This document shows positions 22,030 through 33,080 of a stretch of 64,000 nucleotides of DNA, in pieces. Position 1 is the stretch's first letter. The number at the start of each line of letters is the position of its first letter. The position numbers and the translations under genes were made by a program. The notes under the pieces were generated by a model that searched no databases, was not told the DNA's origin, and saw only the letters and a list, made by a program, of their open reading frames with translations. Source of the DNA: Nageia nagi (taxonomy: Eukaryota; Plantae; Pinophyta); the NCBI GenBank assembly GCA_050084985.1, contig JBITNC010000001.1:101804001-101868000 (forward strand), given 5' to 3'.

Positions 22030-23235
22030 AGCCCCACCCAAAATGAAATGCGCTCAGGTCCTATCTCTGAAGAAGAAGTGTTCTCAACGGTCTTACAGAT
22101 GAAGAGTTTTTGTGCATCAGGCCTAGATGGATTCCCTCTAGGATTATATCAGCGCTTCTGGTACTTGTTAAAAGATGAAATTGTTGAGGCTGTTCGGGAA
22201 TCTTTCCACTCTAAACAGGTTTTGGGCAGAATGAACTACACTTTTCTAGCCTTAATTCCAAAAGTAGTTGATGTTGGTAGTTGATACCATTGAGGCCTTC
22301 CACTCTATCTCACTCTGCACTTGCATCAAGATTATATCCAAAGTGACAGCCAACCGTCTCAAAATGGTTATACCTACCATTATCTTGGATGAGCAGAAAG
22401 CATTCGTTGAGGGAAGACAACTCATGGATGGTGCCATCCTCATTCATGAAGTTGGATATGATGAAAGCCTTTGATGGTATAAATTGGAGCTTCCTTCTCT
22501 GTATGATGGAGAAATTTAATTTTGGAGCAGCCTAGATTTAATGGACATCAGCCCTCATCAGCAACCCTTCCTTTTTCATCCTCATAAATGGAAGTGCGCA
22601 AGGATTCTTCAAAAGATCCTGTGGCCTGCGACAAGAAGACCCTCTTTCTCCTTACTTTTTTATTATTGTCGTTGAAGCCCCTGGAAGGGGTCTAAATTAC
22701 CTTTGGTCGATTGGCAAAATTAAAAGCCTGCACATCAACACCTTATGCCCCCATTACCCACTCCTAATTTGAGAATGACACCCTCCTTGCAGTCTACCCC
22801 TTAATCCAAGAGATTCGTATGATAAAATCCCTTCTCATCTCCTATGAGCTTGCTTCAGGGCAGGCAGTGAACTACTGAAAAATCTAAAATCTATGGCCTC
22901 AAACTTCCACCGAGCCTTTTAAACATGTCCCATCGCACTGGAATGTCCATTGATACACTACCCAACACCTACCTTTTGGACTTCCTCTCTTCCAAGGGGG
23001 TCGTGGGAAACTTTTGGGAAAATATCGAAGCAAAGCTCTTCTCCAATCTAGCAAACTGGAAATCAAAATGGGTATCTTCTGTTGGTCGAGTAGTTCATAT
23101 CCAATCTGTCCTAAATTCTTTACCAACTTTTTGGTTCGGAGTTTTTTTTGGCTCCCTTCCAAAACACTCCTAAAATTGAAACGCATCATGCAAAATTACC
23201 TTTACAGGACAATTCAGAAGAGAAAAAGATTCATT
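22030..23235 (+). mobile_element. L1-type LINE ORF2 reverse-transcriptase segment (decayed)
   Basis: ASGLDGF, TFLALIPK, QKAFVEGR, DMMKAFD, GLRQEDPLSPY and WKSKWVSSVGRVVHIQSVL motifs. Confidence 0.9.
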
Positions 23236-23834
23236 GCATAATAATATAAAGGCATAAGTATTATTCCAAAAACACAAACCTATAAAACAGAAATATTCAT
23301 CAAAATACATTGATAAAATAAATAATTTTTATACAAATAAATCCAACCTCAACTTCCTCTTATTATAATTTCACTCCAAACATTTGAGAGAGTTAAAACA
23401 AACGTGAGCAAAGACCCTTATTATGGTCTAGAGGCCTCTATGTGTTTTCAAAAATGCAATTGAATGGTTTCAGAACAGACTCTTTGTATTCCGGCTGATT
23501 GTACAACTTTTGAACCTTTAAAATGGAGTATGAAGATTGGACAAAGAATTAGATACAGGTTTCTTTTAAATGTAATTGTGATAACAACTGTGATTGTCAG
23601 GTTTGAAAAATATAGGAACCTTAAAATAAAGAATCAAAAGGATTTGAGTTTAAAGAAGAAATGTTAACATATCTCTGTAAAAAGGTAAGGGCCCTTTCAA
23701 AATCCTCCTTGCTTAAGGTGTTGAAATTGCAGATTAAAGTGGAAATTAAACCCAACTTTGGTGTTAGCTTTAGACAACCCTGCACTGCTGCTTCCTGCGA
23801 AAGAGGAAAAATGAAAGTAACTTCTCCGACTTCT

Positions 23835-23906
23835 TGTCAGAGCCAGGTTTCGATCATGGGACCTGTGGGTTATGGGCCCACCACGCTTCCGCTACGCCGC
23901 TCTGAT
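23835..23906 (-). tRNA. tRNA-iMet-CAT: Initiator tRNA-Met, degenerate copy (probable pseudogene)
   Basis: ATCAGAGCGGCGTAGCGGAAGCGTGGTGGGCCCATAACCCACAGGTCCCATGATCGAAACCTGGCTCTGACA. Changes: U8>C in the A box, C13>U, G52>U T-stem mismatch, and A1:C72 mismatch. Confidence 0.85.
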
Positions 23907-24000
23907 GGCCAATTAATGCATGATGTATGGGTCTAAACTAAAACTCTACAACCACACAAACTGAAGCAGAACAGATAGCAGCTTCGAGTATAGAATAAAA

Positions 24001-24025
24001 TGCGGTGAGCGTGGATCGAACACGC

Positions 24026-24068
<43 letters not shown>

Positions 24069-24073
24069 CCCGC
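24001..24073 (-). tRNA. tRNA-Phe-GAA: tRNA-Phe (GAA), canonical plant sequence
   Basis: GCGGGGATAGCTCAGTTGGGAGAGCGTCAGACTGAAGATCTGAAGGTCGCGTGTTCGATCCACGCTCACCGCA followed by TTTT. Confidence 0.98.
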
Positions 24074-24233
24074 ATGATTTTTGTCTTGCCATATTAGTCC
24101 TTCGTCACCTGTGCCATGTGCTGCTGGGTTTAATTCAACTAAAGAAAAAGGCAGAGCAGTGAGAACTGAGAATGGGTAAAATTCCAGACTGAAGTGGAAA
24201 CTAGCGATAATGGAAGCATCTTCTCCGACTTGC

Positions 24234-24305
24234 TATCAGAGACAGGTTTCGATCCTGTGACCTGTGGGTTATGGGCCCACCACGCTTCCGCTGCGCCACT
24301 CTGAT
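24234..24305 (-). tRNA. tRNA-iMet-CAT: Initiator tRNA-Met (CAT), A49-U65 variant, identical to 18357-18428
   Basis: Same 72-nt sequence as the 18357 copy. Confidence 0.97.
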
Positions 24306-27300
24306 GTTGAATACTACCTATGGATCTAAGCAAAATTGTCCAAGCACACAAGTGTGTATGTGCAGGTTCTTGGATCGACTAATACCCTGACAAATAGAGT
24401 TAAAAATACATGTTTAGATTTATGCCATTCTTTCAGGTTTTATTGGCTAGTTTTTGTTATAATGAATTGGCTTGTTATATCTACATTATGACGAAGATAT
24501 TATGGGATTCTCTTTTGTATAGTTTTTTTTTAGGTTTTATTTGGTAAATTAAAAGATTTTTGTCCTTTGTATCAGGTACTGTTTACTTTAGGTTTCGAAT
24601 CAATAGAGAGGTATTTACATTGTCAAAATCCATCAAGGATTTCCATTTTTCCATTTGAGAGTTTTAACAACTTGACATAGTTTTGTTGCTTGATGTCCAT
24701 TAAGCATAATAAATAGTTTTGAAAGGGCTTAAAACTTTTTATAACTTATAAATGCTATGATAAGTATAATATATCTTATATATTATGTAACATACTATAA
24801 ATATAAAGCACTATTTTTAACTTGTAAAATGAATATATATATAGAGAGAGATCTAGTAACCTCTATTTCTGTAGAAGTTTGGTAATTTGAAGCATAATGG
24901 ACTCATACTTCCGTTCATACAATTCGTTGTTGCATCTGTTCCATTTTTATTTGTTTTGTTTTTTTTTTTTTTTTTTTAATTATGGCACCTCATAGTTCAA
25001 AGTACAAAATGTAACCACAAATCAGACATGATGAAGAAGATTTTGTTTAAGCACGACAACCTCGTGCCCTCCAACACCCATTGTTGTTTGAAAATCAACT
25101 TTGATTTTGAGTCCCAATATAACCATATCCTTTTAGTCTAATAAATCCAATCATTACAAATTGGACACGCTCAAGAGGTGCTCCTTTTAAGCCATACAAT
25201 TGTTTGATATTATCAACTTTTTTAATATAATACAAGTAAAATTTTGGTTTTTGTATTATATGTTGAGAATTTTGGCACTATTGGTATTATATTATATTTG
25301 ATATAAATTAGGAGTTTTTATCATCAATATTTTAAGAGGGATTTTCAACAAATATTTTTCTTGAATCAAGAATTATATGTTGTAAAACTCTATGATTCTA
25401 TATTGCAAGTTCCTTACTACACAGTGATAAATACTTGAAAAATATTAAATACTTTTTTTAAAAAATAGAAGAATACTAAAAATGTTAAACATAAAGTACT
25501 AAATTTGGTTGTAAATGTTTAATAATCTAAAACAATTATGGTTTCAATATCCCAAAAAAAGTGAAATTCATATAATATTAGCAGAAAGCCAAGGAACTTA
25601 TGAATGAACTATTCAACTAGAATAAAACGTGCATAAACAAGACAAGAAATAAGGAAACATGAATTCTAAGATTTTTATACCAAAAAAAATCATGAGACAT
25701 CAAAATCTAGTTGAAATTAGTTATTGAAAAACAAATTTAGGAAGGAACAATTGCCATAAGGGACAATATTTCTATTTAAAGATTTGAAGTAAAGGGGCAA
25801 TAGTGCTATTTAGAGATCACCTTTCTTTCTTACAATAAAAATCAATCATACAAGCATACTGAAATTAAATACCCATTACCATAAATACACCCAAACAACA
25901 CAAAAGAAACTTTCTAAGATTTATTCAAGGTTTCAAACCTAATGTTAAGAATCCCTTTCACATGCTTCAAAGTATGTTTGTCACAATAGAATACTATGAG
26001 TGATCAACCTTGAATCTCTTACAAACATAAGCTAAAACTTAGTTTCATTTTTTTCTCGTCTTTCTTCAATTTATAATTATACATGTTAGCATATCCTAAA
26101 TGAAGCTACTTTTGACTCATCACTTCTAAGTAAATCTCACTCAACCATAATTTCTAATAAAAACATAAATATCTTTTACCATATGATCTAAAGAGGAGAT
26201 TTTAAATCAACCTTATCAAACTCATCAAAGTTTAAAATATCTATTGCAACCTCATCAAAAGATAAAAGTTTGAATCAATCTCTTCAAACTATTCCACTAT
26301 GAAAGTTCAAAATATCTTCTTGTTTTTTGGTAAAGGTAAAATTAAGGGGTTTTTTTTATACAGGATTACAAATTTAAAATAGTCTTTGCAACATCGTACC
26401 ATTGTTTATTTTGTACAATTTCAGGATGTTCTTCATTAATGTAACCTAGATATCCAAGAATATATTGGATACCAGTTTCATACAAATTTTAAACTAATAA
26501 ACATCTACTTTGAATTTGCTATAGAAGCCATAGCGTGTAAATAAACAATCTATTATATAATATTTTTTTTTCAATTTTAAGGAGAAAACCTTTCCCAAAA
26601 CCAACAAGTGTTGATTGTTTTCCATTTGCAATTTCATTGGCATTTTCTTTTTCTCTAATCACTCCTTCATTTGGATGCCCAACATGTCTTTGTTATATAT
26701 CTAACTTCTTTGAAGCACTTTGTGTTATTGTACGATTACTTTTGGGTATTTGTGTATCTTCATAATTTGATTGACTCTCCAAAAGCATGCTCTGCTATCT
26801 TTTTCTTGAAACCACTTATTTTCAACCATCATTCATATGCATTTCTTGCAGTTGCATATTCTAATCACCTTTCTTGTGAACCTCATTTGTATTTGCATTT
26901 TCCTATTCTACTTGATGTTCTTGGTGTGGGTGCTCAACTCTATTATATGCCATATCTTCATTAGGTTGCTCTACTTTCGTAGCAATTTCTTGGTAACCAC
27001 CAACCTCTCTTGGAGTCTCAGCGGGTATGTCACCTTCTGTAGGTGAATCTAGCATACCTTGCTTTTGCTTTGGTCTCTATTCTTTGCAAGTGCATTGGCT
27101 ACAGTAAGCCTTATTGGGCATGATTACAAATTGTGTCATGCCCTACCTAATTATAGGTTTGTCAAAAGCACTCATTTCTTTCATAGCAGAATTCTTGGAC
27201 CTACTCTCCCAATCTTGATTCAAGTGTTATTTTCTCAAATAGTATCAATTTGAACTTAACCATCACACAAAATCTTGCATCCAACATCATTGTACGAAAG

Positions 27301-27734
27301 TTTTGAATAGCATAGCTTAGGAAATTTTATAGATCATAAATTCACACCAAATGAAAAACATACTTATAATGGAAGAAAGATGAGTTATAACATAAATGTT
27401 TTATATGAAAATTAAGAGAAAAATATTAAATTATAAGACAAAGATATAGAAATTATTGGATAAGTATGAAAAAAGATAGTTGGATGCAAAGAATAGTCGC
27501 ACGTGGTTAGTACGAGGTGTAAAATAATTATGCAAGTGTAACCTTGTATGATGTGTAAAATAGTTGTACTATGCTATAACTATTTTAACTTTCACACTAT
27601 TCCATCTACTTGACAAAAAACTCAAAAGCATAAACACTTAACCGCACAAGTTATCCATTTACAAAAGCAATTATCCCATGGTGATATTCCAACCTCAACA
27701 TACAAAATACGTGCTCATGAGATATAATGATTAT

Positions 27735-28660
27735 TGTATATGCATAGAATGGGTTTGTGATGTAGAATTTAGACTTTTAAAGTAAATACTTCAAAGAGAT
27801 ACAATCTTTTGGAAGGCAATGATCACAAGACATGCACATAACTAATACAGTTTAGAGATCCTTTGTGTTTTCAGAAAATGCAATTAAATAATTAGATATA
27901 TAGATGTTAATGTTCTTTTAAACTTCTTGGTTTATAAGATCTATCAAAATTTGTTCAGAAGTAAACACACATCAATTAAGTATTTAAATGATTGTTTTTT
28001 ATATAAAGAAAACATTGAACAAATGAGAAAGAATGCTTTGAAGAAAATTTGACTGATATGGTTTCTTTCAATGTGATTGTCATAGTAACTCTCATGGACA
28101 TGTATGAAAAATGTAGGAGCTTCACGAAATTCCAATTAAAATTGACTTCTAAAGAAAATGCTCACATCTTTGTAAAAGTAAGTACTAAAATGGAGTATCA
28201 AATGGAATTGGTTCTCATGAAAAATGGAATTGATTCATCTATTTAAAAAAGCAATTAACCAATGTTGAAAGCTCTCCCATGTGGTTGGACTATATGCTCA
28301 AATCTTGAGTACTGTTTTGATAAAATAACAAACAGGTTTATGTTCTCATGGAAAACAATGATTACAGACTATGCAAAGAATGGGCTTCTTTGATGAAGCA
28401 TTGAAACTTTTAAAGAATATAACTAAAAAGAGATACAATCTCATAGAATGCAATGATCAAAGTACATGCACGGAACTGGCATGGTTAAGAGGCCCTCTAA
28501 GTGTTTTCACAAATGCAATTGAATGGTTTCCAAATTCAGACCAGATTCAGTAACTGCCACAGGCATTCTGGTTGATTGTACAACTTTTGAAGCTTTAAAA
28601 TGGAGTATGAACATTGGACAAAGAATTAGATACAGGTTTCTTTTAAATGTAATTGTGATA
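27735..28660 (+). pseudogene. PLS-class PPR pseudogene fragment (paralog of 17225-18150)
   Basis: RDTIFWKAMITRHA, VTLMDMYEKC, GFFDEALKL and RDTIS*NAMIK motifs. Confidence 0.8.
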
Positions 28661-28731
28661 ATTGTGAGAATGGTTGAAATTTCAGATTGAAGGGTAAACT
28701 ACCCTGCACTGCTACTTCCACAGAAGGAGAG

Positions 28732-28742
28732 AAAAAAGAAAA
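28732..28742 (-). terminator. Pol III oligo-T terminator of tRNA-iMet 28766-28837
   Basis: TTTTCTTTTTT on the minus strand, 23 nt after the discriminator base. Confidence 0.75.
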
Positions 28743-28765
28743 TGGAAGCATCTTCTCCGACTTGC

Positions 28766-28837
28766 TATCAGAGCCAGGTTTCGATCCTGGGGCCTGTGGG
28801 TTATGGGCCCACCACGCTTCCGCTGCGCCACTCTGAT
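28766..28837 (-). tRNA. tRNA-iMet-CAT: Initiator tRNA-Met (CAT), canonical C49-G65 type with U47>C
   Basis: ATCAGAGTGGCGCAGCGGAAGCGTGGTGGGCCCATAACCCACAGGCCCCAGGATCGAAACCTGGCTCTGATA. Confidence 0.97.
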
Positions 28838-28916
28838 GATTCATATGCATATGTTGAAATTATACAGCCAGACAAAATAAAGCAGAAGAGATGGCAATTT
28901 CGAGCGTAAAACAAAA

Positions 28917-28941
28917 TGCGGTGAGCGTGGATCGAACACGC

Positions 28942-28984
<43 letters not shown>

Positions 28985-28989
28985 CCCGC
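28917..28989 (-). tRNA. tRNA-Phe-GAA: tRNA-Phe (GAA), canonical
   Basis: Identical to 24001-24073; followed by TTTTGTTTT. Confidence 0.98.
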
Positions 28990-30588
28990 ATGAGTTTTAA
29001 CTCTTAATCTTAGTTTATCTAACATGCGCCATATGCTGGTGGGTTCAGGTCCAAACCCAAGTGTGTACGCGCAGGTTCTTGGATAGAATAATACCCTCAC
29101 ATACGGCCTTTAAAATACGTGTTTAGATTTAGGCCTTTCTTTCATGGTTTGATTGGCTAGTTTTTATTATAATGAATTGGCTTCTTATATTTAACATTAT
29201 GAAGACGATATTATGGGATTCTTCTTGACATAAATTTCGCTGCTTGATGTACTCCATTAAGCATATTCTTATATTTAATATAGGATAAGTAAAATTTTGG
29301 TTATTGTATGATATGTTGGGTAATTTTTTGAATGGGATTTTTTTTTTTGAGAAATCTTATTTGAGTTAAGTGATCAAAGAGTATTTATGTTATCAAAATT
29401 TATTGGGGATACTATCCTGCCTCACGTCTACCAACAATCAATTCAATAGGTTTTTTTTGGTATGTTTCAATTTTTTAGGAGTAAATAATTTTGAACTTTA
29501 AGCCTTTCTCATGAGAGCTTTCAACTACCCATCTCTCCAACTTCTCTATCAATTAATTCATTATTGAGCATTTTGGCACTACGGGTATTATATATTTGAT
29601 ATAAATTAAGGGTTTTAACCATCAACATTTTAAGAGAGATTTTCAACAAATATTTTTTCTTGATTCTTTTGAAAAAGATCCAACTAAATGCTAGATCATT
29701 TAGGAGATGTAATCCTTTATCAAGAATTATATATTATAAAACTCTATGATCCTATATTGCATGCTTCCTCACTACATAGTAATGAATACTTAAAAAAATA
29801 TTCAATAAGTTTAAAAAAATAAAAGAATACTAAAAATCTTAAATTTATAAAGTAGTAAATTTGGTTGTAAATGTTTAAGAATCTAAAACAATTATGATTT
29901 CAAAATCCACAAAAAAATGTGAAATTCATACAATAAAAAGAAGAAAGCCAAGGAACTTATGAATGAACTACTCAACTGGAATAAAACATACATAAAAAAG
30001 ACAAGAAATAAGGAAACATGAAATCAAAGATTTTTATGAAAATACAAAAAAATCATACACAAAACTTCAATTAAAAATTTGTTATTGAGAAATAAATTTA
30101 AGAAGAAATAATTTACATAATAAATAATAATGCTATTTGAAGATTACCTTTCTTTCTTACAATAAAAATTAAACACACAAACCTATTAACATGACTGAAA
30201 TTAAATACCCATGACCATGAATAAACCCAAACAACACAAAAAACTTCCTAATATTTATTTAGGGTTTCAAACCAAATATAAATAATCCCTTTCACATGCT
30301 TTTTTTTAATACCATATCACCATTCAGTTCCTAATTCAAAAATATGTCCCATTGTACTTGTATATTATTTGTGAACCCTCCACTATCACTATGCCCAAAT
30401 TATAAAATCCTTTAACTATAACCATAAAAAACATAGAGGGCAACCGTAATCCATGCATGGCAATCCATAAGCTGAAGAACATAACACAAGAAATGCAGTT
30501 AAAGTTTTTCTTGAGAGACAATGCGTGGATAAACAACATATGTTTAGAGTTTCAATCCATATTATAGAATCGATCCCACCTCAGACCA

Positions 30589-30828
30589 TTAATTCCCACG
30601 GCAGTTCTGAACAGTCTCCCAATCTACGTGGGGGCAGCTGCTCTGTATTTGCTGCAAAGGCGTTGGTTGCTGTTGCTCAGCTTGTAATGGCATCTCATGG
30701 GGTGGAGGTGGGTGCTGATGGAGCTCTTCATGTAATGGCAATGGCGTAGCATTCACATACTCTTCTGCTCCCACTAAAAGGCAAAGCGGCACTCGACATA
30801 ACACACAAACTGTGAGTTTTATATCCAT
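30589..30828 (-). CDS. Candidate small secreted Pro/Gln/His-rich peptide precursor (79 aa)
   Basis: ATG start and hydrophobic N-terminus, PL[H/Q] repeats and two C-terminal Cys. GC-rich and CpG-retaining relative to flanks; TATA box ~96 nt upstream. No family recognised. Confidence 0.42.
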   Translation of the reverse strand: MDIKLTVCVLCRVPLCLLVGAEEYVNATPLPLHEELHQHPPPPHEMPLQAEQQQPTPLQQIQSSCPHVDWETVQNCRGN

Positions 30829-30923
30829 CTGAAACGAGGCAGAGTCTCAACAGTGGAAAGAACAACACCCGAATAAATTGAAAGAAACAAGAATGAATGA
30901 ATGCAATGTTTTTTGTGCGCTCC

Positions 30924-30929
30924 TTTATA
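30924..30929 (-). promoter_or_regulatory. Putative TATA box of the small ORF
   Basis: CAATATAAAGG on the minus strand, with pyrimidine-rich CATTCATT ~25-30 nt downstream. Confidence 0.4.
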
Positions 30930-31039
30930 TTGCGTGCTGTTCTATTTTTGACAATCAAAATTTAAATAAACAATAAAGAACAACACTAAAATAAGAAATA
31001 GATATCAAACGATATGGCCGTCAACTATATTGCATGTTA

Positions 31040-31790
31040 CTTCATTGAGTTATTGTTTGGAACATTTTTTTACATTAGTACATGATTTTATTATGGAAAA
31101 CTTGAAATAGGGTAATATTTAATCACGAAGATTCTTTTTCTTTTTCATTTGGTGATAAGTACTATATTTTCTATGATTGTTGATTGCAAATCATTGTTAA
31201 GTTAAAAAAGTTAAAATGGAGGTTTCCTCCCAACTCACCACCTCGTGGTTGTCAACGATCATGTTCTCACTCCCAACGGAGCTTACAACCATGACTCATG
31301 GTTTCGCATGAGCAAGACATTGGTTGCATGCTACATCAAGGGAGCCCCTCTTACCATATCTCTAGCTGGGACATACTTGGAAGCTTCTTTGTTGATAATT
31401 GGATGGGGTGATACTGAGATTGCTACTACGACTACTTCAGACATTCGCCATGGTGAGGATATTAATGTCTCTAGTGATGATGGTTAGAATGTTTACACAT
31501 CCTCTTCAGGTGGGTGGTGTTATCATCCCATTAAAGAGAATTTTCATCTTGCCCCCATATCACAATTATTGAGAGTGCTTTGTGTCAACTATGAAAAATG
31601 TCCCTTTTTGGTGTGTGTGTTTGGCGGTCATGTTACTAGATTACATAATGTACTAGACTACGTAATGTTTTGATGTTTTTTACCTAACTTGTCTCATTAA
31701 TTAATGTGTTATCTTAGGGTGTGTTAAGTCCACCTACCCTTTTTGTATGAAATCACTTTATTAATATAATTTAACCTTGTATTAAAAAAA
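31040..31790 (+). mobile_element. 5'-truncated non-LTR retroposon (LINE 3' end) with poly(A)
   Basis: 16-bp TSD ACTATATTGCATGTTA (31024-31039 / 31791-31806) and an A-tail. The 3' tail is homologous to that of the LINE at 32106. Confidence 0.8.
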
Positions 31791-32105
31791 ACTATATTGC
31801 ATGTTATTCTTTTTTTTACCATCAAAACAAATTAAATAAAAAGGAGAAGTGGATAATTATATTTTAAAAATATTATAATAAAAATAATAATAACAAAAAT
31901 GATAATAATATCAACAATCAAATATATGAATGATAATAACAATAACAATAAAAAGTAATTATTGAGATCACAATTCAACCTAAATGATAAATCGAACTTT
32001 CTTCCATATAACTTTTTTTGTTTATTTTGCTAAATTGAATCAATTGAATTGAAAATGAAAATATATTTTCTCATTTCAATAGTCATGTACATAATCATTA
32101 TTCTA

Positions 32106-33080
32106 TTTTTTTGAATGAAAAAGCCTTTCTATTATATTAAGAAACCTTCTTCATACAAAAAGGGTGGGTGGGATTTGCACACCCCGTATACCATGCCACC
32201 AACATTATAAAAAAATTCAATGAATCATAGAAAGCACAACTACCAAGGAAATTGTTACCACCAACACACATCTCAAAATCCAACTAACTAGCCAATAAGC
32301 ATTTAACAGTATTCAGACATCGGAGTGGATGAGGTGAAAGTTATCAACAAAGTTCATATGCTCCCACCCCCCATTATCATCAAACATGACATTCTAACCA
32401 TCATTATTGATGGCTCCATCATTAGCTTCCCCTCCTTCAATGTGGGCATGCTTCTCATTCCCTTGAAGCTCATAAGAATTGGGTTGCGATTCATCTCCCC
32501 AACCCACCACATGAGCATATGAGGAGGGTCAAACATCTTATTTGTTGTTTATATGGAGGTTGTACATCCAAAATATATGCCAAACTTCACCAAGAGGTTC
32601 TGAAACAACAACATGATCTCCTAGGATATCCCAAACAACATGAGAAGTAAAGAAAGGATTGAAAAGAGAGAGAAGCCAATCCCAGGCTTCATGAGCTTTA
32701 GGACAAAACCAAAAAATATGAACAAAATCTTTCGATTTCAAACAAAAAGTACAAGTCAGGATAACCACACCCAAATACACTCGATGATGGCCAATAGGAA
32801 GTCCCTAATGAAGCAAACTCTAGGAAAAAAAACTTTTCTTAGGTTCTAAATACTTAGCCTAGACTACATTGAACATAAGAGACCATCGAGACTAAGAAGA
32901 CACCAAATCCCATAAGTTCAGAGTATCAACCATGGGAACGTTGGGGAAAAGCCAAGAATATCTAAGATGAGGCTTATGTTTAAAAAAATTGACATTCTTG
33001 GGCCAAGATCAATCAGATCACTAAGGTTTTTGAAAATGTTTGCTAAGTCGAGACCAAACAGAGAAGGGAGTACATTCAAT
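32106..33080 (-). mobile_element. L1 LINE 3' fragment (zinc-finger region + 3' UTR + poly(A))
   Basis: CTFCLKSKDFVHIFWFCPKAHEAW (CCHC, zf-RVT type) in ORF 32538-32780; T-run at 32106. Confidence 0.75.

Larger units (their letters stand above)
23420..26295. repeat. Segmental duplicate unit 2
   Basis: Aligns with 17950-18720, with 28480-30300 and with 20120-20535. Confidence 0.85.
27515..30300. repeat. Segmental duplicate unit 3
   Basis: Aligns with unit 1 (PPR remnant, tRNAs) and unit 2 (24410-25970 flank). Confidence 0.85.

Noticed and set aside
26400-27500. MULE transposase remnant on the minus strand
   Set aside because: Only a weak decayed GH-x4-C knuckle-like hint near 27130-27170; insufficient to call.
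30525-30749. Plus-strand Ala/Val-rich ORF
   Set aside because: Non-ATG start and antisense to the better-supported minus ORF, which has a TATA box.
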